Assembly: GCA_043228905.1 (NCBI GenBank) | Contig: JBHGNT010000015.1 | Location: 18,538,001 to 18,602,000, forward strand | Reading direction: 5' to 3' | Length of the DNA stretch: 64,000 bases | Origin: Azolla caroliniana | Lineage: Eukaryota > Plantae > Polypodiophyta | Shown: in pieces, positions 1 through 10,819 of the stretch | Layout: each line of letters starts with the position of its first letter | How positions within the stretch are numbered: the stretch's first letter is position 1 | Program-made: the position numbers and the translations under genes | The notes under the pieces: generated by a model | Seen by the model: only the letters and a program-made list of their open reading frames with translations | Told to the model about the DNA's origin: nothing | The model's database searches: none

Positions 1-1411
1 GAAACCGGGAGATGCCGGAAACCCCCCGAGATACAAAGCCAGGATCGTGGTGAAGGGGTTTCAGCAGAAGAAGGGCATCGACTTCGACGAGATATTTGCC
101 CCGGTAGTGAAGATGACCTCCATCCGGACGGTGCTGAGCATAGCGGCAAGCATGGACCTCGAGGTAGAACAGATGGACGTGAAGACGACATTCCTTCACG
201 GTGACCTCGATGAAGAGATCTACATGCAGCAACCGGAAGGATTCGAGAAGAAAGGGAAGGAGCACCTGGTATGCCGGTTGAAGAAGAGCCTTTACGGACT
301 GAAGCAGGCTCCCCGGCAATGGTACCGGAAGTTCGACTCCTTCATGACCGACGAAGGGTACCTCAAAACGCAGTCCGACCACTGCGTGTTTGTGAAGAAG
401 TTCGAAGGAGGAGACTTTCTAATACTCCTCCTGTACGTGGACGACATGTTGATCGTCGGACGGGACCAGGTCAAGATACGGATGCTAAAGAAGGCTCTTC
501 ACCGAACCTTCTCAATGAAGGACCTGGGTCCGGCGAGGCAAATACTAGGGATGCACATCATCCGGGACCGGAAGAAGAAGCAGTTGTGGCTGTCACAGGA
601 GAAGTACGTGACGAAGGTGCTTCACCGGTTCAACATGTCGGAAGCAAGACCGGTCGGATCGACCCTCCTGGCAAACTGCAAGCTGTCCAGCAAGCAAAGT
701 CCCAAGACAAAGGCTGAAAAGGAGGATATGATGAAAGTGCCGTATGCCTCAGCCGTCGGGAGCTTGATGTACGCCATGGTGTGTACGAGACCGGACATAG
801 GATATGCAGTCGGAGTGGTGAGCCGGTACATGAGCAATCCCGGCAAAGAGCATTGGAACGCGGCCAAGTGGATACTCCGATACCTGAAGGGCACGGCAAA
901 CGTGTGCCTCCGATTCGGCTCCGGTAAGCCCGAACTCGACGGCTTCACCGATTCGGATATGTCGGCTGATGCAGATACCAGCCGGTCCACATCAGGGTAT
1001 GTGATGACGTATGCAGGGGGAGCAGTTTCGTGGCAGTCGAGGCTGCAGAAGACGGTTGCGTTGTCAACCACGGAGGCGGAGTACATGGCAGCTGTTGAAG
1101 CCGGCAAGGAAATAATATGGATGAAGGACTTCATTAGAGAGCTTGGTATCCGGCAAGAGGAGTACCGACTCTACTGCGACAGTCAGAGTGCAATCCACCT
1201 TGCGAAGAACGCGGCCTATCACTCCCGGACGAAGCACATTCAGCGAAGATATCACTGGATCCGGGAAAGGATAGAAGACAAGGAGTTCGTGCTGACAAAG
1301 ATCCACATGGACGAGAACGGGTCGGATATGCTGACCAAGGTGCTCACACCCGACAAGCTGGAAGCATGCCGGAAGAGGATCGGATTGGAAAGACATCCCA
1401 TGCCGAAGTGA
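1..1411 (+). CDS. Ty1/Copia (Tnt1-like) Pol C-terminus: reverse transcriptase + RNase H, 5' end outside window
   Basis: Uninterrupted frame (ORF track 47..1411) with [73 protein letters not shown]; stop followed immediately by polypurine tract AAGGGGGAG (1411-1419). Confidence 0.95.
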   Translation, partial: KPGDAGNPPRYKARIVVKGFQQKKGIDFDEIFAPVVKMTSIRTVLSIAASMDLEVEQMDVKTTFLHGDLDEEIYMQQPEGFEKKGKEHLVCRLKKSLYGLKQAPRQWYRKFDSFMTDEGYLKTQSDHCVFVKKFEGGDFLILLLYVDDMLIVGRDQVKIRMLKKALHRTFSMKDLGPARQILGMHIIRDRKKKQLWLSQEKYVTKVLHRFNMSEARPVGSTLLANCKLSSKQSPKTKAEKEDMMKVPYASAVGSLMYAMVCTRPDIGYAVGVVSRYMSNPGKEHWNAAKWILRYLKGTANVCLRFGSGKPELDGFTDSDMSADADTSRSTSGYVMTYAGGAVSWQSRLQKTVALSTTEAEYMAAVEAGKEIIWMKDFIRELGIRQEEYRLYCDSQSAIHLAKNAAYHSRTKHIQRRYHWIRERIEDKEFVLTKIHMDENGSDMLTKVLTPDKLEACRKRIGLERHPMPK

Positions 1412-1421
1412 AGGGGGAGTT

Positions 1422-1727
1422 TGTTGGGATTACGGTCCCTTCAGATGGGATGGTCGGATGTCGGAGATGAATGCCGACAAGCCCGGTTTCGGTTTCGGAA
1501 CCGGATGATGAAGACCCCGACTTCGGAGCCGGATGACGAATGTACCCGGAGAGCGATCCGAATGCAGGGACATATCCGTGAATATGTTTGCTATGGGCCC
1601 CTGAGGCTATAGTTGTAAATAGCCCCAAAGTCATAGATGTATAAATATGACTTAGGGCAAACTGTTTTAGTGCTGCTGATCATTTTTCTGTTTTTCCACT
1701 CAAGAGGAGTGAAGAGGGAACAACCGT

Positions 1728-1760
<33 letters not shown>

Positions 1761-2043
1761 CGCGAGAGAGGAAGAGGACGACGCCTCTGTGTATTTCCGC
1801 CGCCTGTGGCGAGGACAGCGAGCTCAAGGTCGTCGCCTTGCAGCTCGCCATTGTATACTTCTCTTTGTATAGTGTTGGTTTGGAGTCTTGTACTCCCGTG
1901 GTTTTTCCCATCTAGGGTTTTCCACGTTAATCCCTGCGTATTCGTGTGTTTCTCTCTTTGGTTCCTATTTTCTGCTGCATTGATTCGCGATTACTCGGTT
2001 GTGGCCGAGCGGTGAAGGTGAATCGAAGCGTCGATTCCCAACA
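1422..2043 (+). mobile_element. 3' LTR (622 bp) of the Copia element (LTR family A)
   Basis: Follows PPT; termini TGTTGGGA...TCCCAACA are perfect inverted ends; TATAAA at ~1640, (GA)n tract; homologous to solo LTRs at 2464, 8184, 26009, 57122. Confidence 0.93.
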
Positions 2044-3300
2044 AAACGGTAGCGCAAGCAAGAAGCGACGCGATCCCCACTAGGAAAGTGAGCGGTTGTG
2101 ACCCCCATCGGAACTAGAAGGTAAGCAATCGAAATCAATCCTCATCAAAAGAAAGTGGCACGAAGTGTGGACCAAAATGAAAATTGGAACTGGAACACAA
2201 ACGGGCGTGAGTGACCATGTGCGGTTCTCACCTAAGAACTGGAACAACAACAGGCGAACGAGTGCACGTGAAGCGGCCCACTCGACTTCTTCTATCATAA
2301 GAGGGTAAATAGTCGAGGTTGACCCAAAACACAACACAAACGGTAGCGCAAGCAAGAAGCGACGCGATCCCCACTAGGAAAGTGAGCGGTTGTGACCCCC
2401 ACCGGAACTAGAAGGTGAGCAATCGAAATCAATCCTCATCAAAAGAAAGTGGCATGAAGTGTGTGTTGGGATTTCGCTCCCTCCGGATGGGATGTCCGGA
2501 GATGAATGACGGCAATCCCGGTTGCGGTTACGGTCCCGGCTACGGAGCCGGATGATGAAGACCCCGGCTACGGAGCCGGATGATGAATGTACCCGGAGAG
2601 AGATCCGGATGCGGGGACATATTTGTGAATATGTTTGCCAAGGGCCCTTGAGGCTATATTTGTAAATAGCCTGAAAGTCATATGTGTATAAATATGACTT
2701 AGGGCAAACAGTTTTGTGGTTGCTGCATGTTGTTGCTCATTTTATGTTTTCAGCCGAGAGAGAGAGAGAGAAAGGAAGAGGTCGACGCCTCTGTGTATTA
2801 CCGCCGCCTGTGGCGAAGACAGTGAGCTCAAGGTTGTTGCCTTGTAGCTTCACCATTGTACATCTCTGTGTATAGTGATAGTTGGAGTTTGAGGACTCCC
2901 GTGGTTTTTTTCCCATTTAGGGTTTTCCACGAAAAACACCCTGTGTACTCTTCTCTCTATTGTCTTCGTGCATTTTGTATTTCCTGTTTTCTGTGAGTTG
3001 ATCCTATTCCTCGGTTGTGGCCGAGCGCTGTTTGCAACAGTGTGGACCAAAATGGAAATTGAGTGCAAGCGAGCAATGATTCGATCCCCACTAGGAAAGT
3101 GAGTTGTTGCAAACCCCACCGGATCTGTGAAGGTGAGCGATCAAAATCAATCCTGGCCAAAGGAACATGGAATGAAACTTGAACCAAAATGAAAATGGAG
3201 TGCAAGCGAACAATGATTCGATCCCCACCAGGAAAGTGAGCGGTTGTAACCCCCAACAGAACTGTGAAGGTGAGCGATCGAAATCGATCCTTGCCCAAAT
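2044..3300. repeat. Degenerate tandem array (units ~294 and ~138 bp) interrupted by a solo LTR
   Basis: Core CGATCCCCACYAGGAAAGTGAG...GAAGGTRAGCRATCRAAATCRATCCT recurs at ~2071, 2366, 3082, 3219; 2044-2170 is nearly identical to 2338-2463. Confidence 0.85.
2464..3039 (+). mobile_element. Solo LTR, family A
   Basis: TGTTGG...GCAACA termini, 5-bp TSD GTGTG (2459-2463 / 3040-3044), similar to LTR 1422-2043; the empty site (GAAGTGTGGACC) is visible in the neighbouring repeat copy at ~2162. Confidence 0.93.
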
Positions 3301-5190
3301 CGTGATGCAAAATGACACCTATAGATGATGACAATGGCGATAATGAAAGACCATGAAAAGTAGTGTGATGATGACGAGGGTTGGGCGACGTAGCGTTGAT
3401 GAAGACAACAAGAGGTGCTAAAAAATGATGATGTCGAAGACAAGGCAACGAAGACGATGACGATGAGGAAGTGTCTCTAAAACCAAGGATTGTGATGATG
3501 GTAACTCTAGAAACAAGGGCGAAGATGAAGACGGGTGATGCTTCCAATTGGAAGGGATTCAAACTGTCTCGAACACACCAAGCGCGGACTAGGACGGAGC
3601 ACAGATGACGGGGCTACAAGCGACGAATGAACTTGGAGCTAGATGTGACGAGCCTAGGAACTCTAGATGTTGTGAGCGACATGAGGGCATGAAGACTAAA
3701 ATAAAGATCAAGAAGACAAAGATGAGGCGAAACGAGAATACTAGATTGATGTGTCAATGACTGGTGTTGAATCCCCTCAAAGGGACCAAGGAGGTTACAC
3801 ATATTTATACAAGTTTTGAGATTGAATATCTCTAGAATATACTCAAGAAATATCTATAGAATATACCCGTCTAGAATAATATACCATAAATAATTCTAGA
3901 GTATACTAATGCCTAGAATATTCTAATTCTAAAATGTAGTATATGCTAGACTATAGAATACTAAACCATTATATACAAAGGCATGCTCATATCAAAATGG
4001 TGGAGCATGACATCTTGTTGATGTAAGGTTGTAGGTTCAATCCTCACCAACTGTGTATTTCATGTCATTGTGTCATGACACTTAGAGACACACACTACAA
4101 ATTTACAATATTTGCTTTGAGTGCTTTTAAGCTCTTTAGTGTCTAATCGACACTTGTATATTTTTCTTTATTCTTTGTGGGTTTTCACCTCACTTTGAGG
4201 TTTCCCACTAGTAATAAAAGTGTTACTAAAAGAAAAAGGACTTTGTGTTACCTTCAACTCTACCTCCCTTCAACTATGTGCTCCCTTTGACTTTGGGTTC
4301 CCTTCGATTTGATTCTCCCTTCAACTTTGCCTTCCCTTCGATTCTCCATTCTCGTCGACTCTGGCTTCCCTTTGACTTTGACTTCCCCTCGACTTTGCAT
4401 TTCCTTCGACTCTATGTTCCTTTCCATCAATCAAACATTCATAACATTCACTCCGTTGCCATCTTAGTCATTCCAAATCCCACTTAGTACATGAGATAAG
4501 GCTCGACTTCCTCCAATTAATATGTAATCCAGATGCCAATGCTAATTGGTTTCATATAAGCATTTGGTTCTCAAGATTCTCATATGAGGTCGCAGAAACA
4601 TGAAAGAATCATCTACCAAAACCTACATTACCCCCATATGTGTAGGCCCACAATATCACCATTAGTTGCAAACCTTGATAACATCACTACAAAAGAATTA
4701 GTAACAATGACAAACAACAATGGGCTAAGAGAGCGTCCTTCATGAACATATCTCGTGATGGCAATATCATATGCACCTCCACCATTAAACATTGTAAAGA
4801 ATCAAGAGATGGATTCTATGCAACGGAATAGATATAAACTGTGTGTGTGTATGAGAGAGAGACAGAGACAGAGACAGAGTAAGACACAGAGAATACGCAA
4901 GGTAAAGTATATTAACAAAGGAGAAAGACTCAACATTGTACAAGGTGGGAGGAGGGTGCTTTATATAGTCACCCTCTCTCTTCATTCACTACAAGACTCA
5001 TGGAGCATGGGGAATGTGAAAGCTCATAAGTTATGTGTCATAGAATATGATTCTATGACTCATACTAAATGCTAGAATACAAAGTGGTGACATAATGGTG
5101 ACTCTTGACCTTTGGAGTGTCTATTCACTCTCAAGGTCAGTTCACACACTAGACCAAGTTGAGCTTGATTCTCAACACGGCCCCTCAAGC

Positions 5191-8100
5191 TCAAGTCGGG
5201 TCAGTTTCAGACGGTATAACAAGCGGATCGAGCGAGGTTGCCGCGGATTTGCACTCAGCCATCCCGAACTTGTATAACAAGTTGAGGATGTAGTGTCGTT
5301 CAGAGATCATGATTCCGGCCGGAGTCTGAATTACCTCGATGCCGAGGAAGTAGTGGAGCTCCTTCATGTCCGTGATCTCCAACTTGTCGGAAAGGAGGGA
5401 TTTGACCTTAATGATTTCAATGAGATGCTCACCTCCAATGACTAGGTCATCCACATATAAGATGATGACAATCGGACTTGTGGAATCGCTTCATATGTAG
5501 AGTGAGTTGTCCGATTTTGACATATGGAAGCCGATTTGATGAAGATATCGCGTTATCTTCCAATGCCAAGCACACGGTGCTTGGTTGAGGCCGTAGAATA
5601 GCTTCTTGAGTCGGCCTACAACTTTCGGATGGGTGCTCGAGTTGAAGCCGGGTGGTTGTATCATGTACACCTCCTCTTCTAATTCTCCTTGTAGAAAGGC
5701 GTTCTTGATGTCCATTTGATGGAGGTGCCACCCTTTCGTCGCAGCAAGCGCTATTACGGTCTGTACTGTCATCATCTTTGCCACCGGGGCAAAGGTCTCC
5801 TCGTAGTCAACTCCGTGCGTTTGGGCGAAGCCTTTCGCTACGAGTTGCGCTTTGTAGCGGTTGACGGAACCGTCGGCGTTGTCCTTCACTTTGTAAATCC
5901 ATCTGTATCCGATCGCCTTTTTGTGTGGTGAGGTGAGAACAAGATCCCATGTCTCGTTCTTGCGTAGTGCCTGCATCTCCTCGTTCATGGCTTCGATCCA
6001 TCGCGGATCCTTGGTTGTTTCGGAAAATGTTTCCGGCTCGCGTACTGTCGCCACCTTCATCATAAAGGCATAGTGATATGCCATGAAGTCGTTGTAACCG
6101 AATCGGCTGACCGGATTCTTTTCACGGGTGGAGCGAGGAGCTTTTCATTTGTAGAGATGAGGGCTTTCTTAGCTCCGATTGGTACATCGAAGCCGCCGAA
6201 CTCACTGTCGAGTGAGTGAGTCGACTCATCGTCGTCGAAGCGATCGTCTTCGTATTCTGACATTTTCGCCTTGCTTTTGTCCATCTTCGAGCTAGGCCGT
6301 GATGTGCTTTGATCGCTCGAGGGCTCTTGTGGCCCACTTAGCCTTGTGGTAATCAAGCTATATTCGAACATGTCTTCGAGGTGACCTCCACCTTCTCGCT
6401 CTTGTTCGACCAGTTCCGCGTCGATCGGGGTCGAAGTCGGAATCTTCTCTGGTGCGTACCAGGATGCGGATTCGTTGAACACGACGTCTCGACTTACTCG
6501 AACTTTTCGGGTAGATGGGTTGTAGCATTTGTACCCCTTTCATTCGAGTGAGTATCCTACGAGGATACATTTCTCCGACTTTGGATCTAGCTTTTGCCGC
6601 TTTTCGTCGGGTATGTGCATGTATGCTATCGCGCCCAATATCCGGGTGTGCGATAAGTCCAATTTCTTTCCGAAGTATTTTTCGTGCGGAGTGACCTCGT
6701 GCACTCCAGATGTTGTGCACCGGTTCATTAGGCAGACGGCCGTACTTGCAGCTTCAGCCCAATATGACTTGGGCATATGCTTCTCGTTCATCATGGCCCG
6801 TGCTACTTCGAGGATGTGTCGATTCTTGCGCTCGGCTACTCCGTTTTGTTGCAAAGTGTGTCGGCAAGTGAATTCTCGCCGAATTCCTTCCTTTCGGAGA
6901 TACACCGTGAAATCGTCCAAGAAGTACTCCTTGCCGCCATCCGATCGAAGGCATCGTACATGACGACAAGTGGCTTTTTCGACTTCATTTTTAAACCTTT
7001 GGAAGTGTCTGAACACTTCGCTCTTTTGCCGCATCGGATAGAGCCATGTGTGCCTGGAGAAGTCGTCGATGAAGAGCATGTAGTATCGGCATTCGCCAAA
7101 TGTAGCCGACTGCACCGGTCCCCATACGTCGGAATGGACTACGTCGAGTAGACCTTTGCTCACGTTCCGCTCTTTCGGGAATGGGTGTCGGTGTTGTTTG
7201 CCGAATTTGCACGCTTCGCATACACCTTCAATCTCCTTCTCTTTTGAATGTTGGGAGGCCGATGACGACTCCTTTCGATTTCATTTCTTTGAGTTTGTTG
7301 AGATTGATGTGGCCGATTCACTTGTGCCATAGCTCTATGTCAGAGTCGGCTTTCGTGCTTTTTGCAAACATGGCGGATTTCATCTCGTGTGAATCGAGAA
7401 TGAACATCCGGCCCTCTTTTCTTCCGCGCGCGATGATTCAACCCTCTTTTTCGATGAAGCACCCTTCTTGGTTGAATCGTACTTGCATCCCTTGCTCAAC
7501 CATTCGGCCGACCGAGACCAAATTCTTCGTGATGATGGGAACATGCAAGACATTTTTAATGTATGTTTGCTTACCTCTTTTGCCGAACGGAACATTGCCG
7601 ATATGCCGAATTGGGTGCGTAGTGTCATCTCCGGTTTCAACATAACCGGGTCGCTCCGGCTCTCGAAGTTCGAGAAACCATTCTTTATGAGATATCATAT
7701 GGTTTGAGGCTCCGGAGTCAACAAACCATACGTCCTCCAGATTGAGGACACTAGTTGAGGTGGAGGCTGACATAGAGTTTGCTCTATGTTTCATCATGAA
7801 CATTCCGCCACGGTCGGAGTTGTGTGCATACATTCCGCCACGATCTTTGTAGTCAGAGTTGTGCCCGTACATTCTGTTATACTCTTCGTAGTCGGAATTG
7901 TGCGTGTAATTCGTGAGTTGTCGACTTGTGGAAGCCGATTCACGCATCTTCTTTTGGCACTCTTCTTCGTGATGGCCAAGCTTTCCGCAATATCCGCATT
8001 TGGTTGCGTTTTGACGGCTCAGGCTGGAGTAGAAGCTCCCCCTTCTTGCGAAGGTTCCTCGTTGGCTTCCGTTTTGCGACCGAAATTGGGAGTTGTTGTC

Positions 8101-9529
8101 GTAGGTCAAACATTGTCCGCCTTGTCCTTGGCCGAATCGGCCTCTCGCTCGTCCGCGTCCTCTTCCTCCGTTTGAGTGCGTGTTGACGGGAACTCAACGC
8201 TCCTTATGCACAACGCTCGGCCACAACCGAGCTTAGAATGATAGACAGAAATAAAACACGACACAAAGAAGAGGAAGATACACAAGAGGTTTACGTGGAA
8301 AACCCCAAACTAGGGGAAAAACCACGACAACCCACAGGCGGCAAACTGTCACTATGTAAGAATGTACAACAGTGAGTTCACTGAGGCAACGACCTCGTGC
8401 TCACAGATCTTCGCCACAGGCGGCGGTTACAGCAGAGGCAACGACCTCTTTCTCTCTCTCTCTCTCTGTACACGGTTACGCGCTCTCTCTATACTTTTTC
8501 AACAAGAATGACAACACACCCTAAAAGTTTGCCCTAAGTCATTTTTATACTAATATGACTTTTCGGCTATTTACAAATATAGCCACGGTGGGCTCTTAAG
8601 AAAACATATTTACGAATATGTCTCTTCATCCGGAGAGCAATCCTCACTGCGTCTGCGCCATCCGGCTCTACGTAGTCGGGTACTCCTCATCCGGTCCTCA
8701 CCGGGTCTGCATCATCCGGCTCTCCGTAGCCGGGTACTCCTCATCCGGTCTTCACCGGGTCTGCATCATCCGGCTCTCCGTAGCCAGGTACTCCTCATCC
8801 GGTCTTCACCGAGTCTGCATCATCCGGCTCTCCGTAGCCGGGTACTCCTCATACGGTTTCGGCCTCGGCCGAGTTTGTTCATCAACACTGTTCTTTTCTC
8901 TTCCCATCCGGAGGGACCTGTCTCCCAACACGTGTAGAGCATGTGGCCCTCCGACTCATTCCTCCTTGTACGCACATGGTTTTCTTCAACCAATAGCATT
9001 GATTGGAGCTCGAAGAATGAGGGAGATTTCTCCCTTGCTTGAACGGTGGTTCGCATCGCGCCAAACCGTGGTGCGAGGCCGCTAAGGCATATTTGCACCA
9101 TCTCATCATCATTAATATTTACGTTTATCGAGCCGAGCGAGTCGCAAAGCTCCTTGATCTTCAAGGTGTATGTCGTGATGGACATGTCCCTTTGTTAAAT
9201 GTTGTTCAACTCTTGGCAGAGTTGAAGCCTTCTTGCGCGAAAATCTTTCGTAGATTTTCCCATGCCTCCTTCAGCGTCTTGGCTTCGCGAATGTCGTCGA
9301 GCATGTGATCATGAACACATGTCGCCAAGCAATACATCACACGGCTTGCAGCTTGCTCCCATGTCACGTTTTCGAGAACCGTTTCGATGGGTCGGTCTTC
9401 GTGCACTCCTTTGATGTAGCTCCAATAGCCTTGTCCACCAAGGTATTGGTGCATCTTGTACTCCCAAGATGCAAAGTTGTTTCGATCCAACTTCTCGGTA
9501 GGGAGAGCGCTCCCCGTTTGAGTATTCAT
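5191..9529 (-). pseudogene. Copia gag-pol pseudogene (gag, zinc knuckle, protease, GAG-pre-integrase, integrase, RT)
   Basis: Fragments EKLDRNNFASWEYKM, CGYCGKLGHHEEEC, WFVDSGASNHM, VHSDVWGP, LRSDGGKEY, QQNGVAERKNR, LHQMDIKNAFL; several stops and frameshifts. Confidence 0.92.
8184..8930 (-). mobile_element. Solo LTR, family A, inserted in Copia gag
   Basis: TGACGGGA...TCCCAACA, TSD CGTGT (8179-8183 / 8931-8935); ~4 x 54-bp internal CCGG-rich repeat. Confidence 0.92.
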
Positions 9530-10389
9530 TATGTCGATTCTTCTTCTTCTTCTTCTTCTCTCTTCAAATGCAAGCTATGTAGCGAAGCTACGATAGCGAT
9601 GAGCCGGTTCTTGGTCGTCGGCGTAGGACACAACGCACGTGGATGGGCTAGATCAAGCTACCAAATCGCTCTGATACCATGTAAAGAATCAAGAGATGAA
9701 TTCTATGCAGCGGAATAGATATAAACTGTGTGTGTGTATGAGAGAGAGACAGAGACAGAGACAGAGTAAGACACAGAGAATACGCAAGGTAAAGTATATT
9801 AACAAAGGAGAAAGACTCAACATTGTACAAGGTGGGAGGAGGTGCTTTATATAGTCACCCTCTCTCTTCATTAACTACAAGACTCATGGAGCATGGGGAA
9901 TGTGAAAGCTCATAAGTTATGTGTCATAGAATATGATTCTATGACTCATACTAAATGCTAGAATACAAAGTGGTGACATAATGGTGACTCTTGACCGTTG
10001 GAGTGTTTATTCACTCTCAAGGTCAGTTCACACACTAGACCAAGTTGAGCTTGATTCTCAACAAACATTACTCAAGACACTACATCTTGTCCTAATAAAA
10101 ATATGAGGCAAGACACATGTGGTCCAAAGTCAGGCATATGCATTCACCCAAAAACAATTGACTAATTAACATGATCATAACCTCTCTTCAAATCCAATTG
10201 CACTATAATCACTTCCAAATGAATGTGTTGTGTATATTCCATGGTCGTTTGAACATTCAACACATTATGCACTATATTCCTACCTGTAATGGAACTTCCA
10301 TGCTTCAGAACTAATTTAACGAGACCAACCTTCCATATTTGAGGCAAACATCTAGAATCCTAACAAATTTGAAACATCAAAGGTAGGGG

Positions 10390-10567
10390 CAGGGCAAAAA
10401 TTTGACGGGTGTAATGCCCGTCAAAGGCCATTTTGCCCGTCAAAAACATACATCTAATAAAAATGTCCGTCAAATGACATATAAAGTATAAAATTTTCCT
10501 TTTCATATGAAAGGCCACTAAAAATTATCCATGTCAAATGACATGCTAAAATTCTAATTTCCATGTC

Positions 10568-10616
<49 letters not shown>

Positions 10617-10788
10617 AACTAATAAGTTATAAGTTATAACTATGTGTGTAGTATGTAGTTACAACTTACTAAGTTACTAGTATAAAGTGTGTAATATACT
10701 AGGTCCTAGAATTAAGAGTCTAGTCTAATATATATTAATATGACAATATTATAACTTCTAAGTTTATATATATGTATTTAGTTACTAG

Positions 10789-10819
<31 letters not shown>

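Larger units (their letters stand above)
4793..10063 (-). mobile_element. Ty1/Copia retrotransposon (family B) with both LTRs, degenerate, RNase H region deleted
   Basis: LTRs 4793-5177 and 9680-10063 (TG...CA; about 5 substitutions + 1 indel); TSD AACAT (4788-4792 / 10064-10068); PBS TGGTATCAGAGC (9668-9679, tRNA-iMet); PPT next to 5178. Confidence 0.96.

Noticed and set aside
3765-3975. Possible additional LTR (TGTTGAA..., TCTAGA-rich)
   Set aside because: No second terminus, TSD, PBS or PPT could be identified.
3980-4050. tRNA or tRNA-derived SINE (GGTTCAATCC B-box-like)
   Set aside because: No convincing cloverleaf, A-box, TSD or tail.
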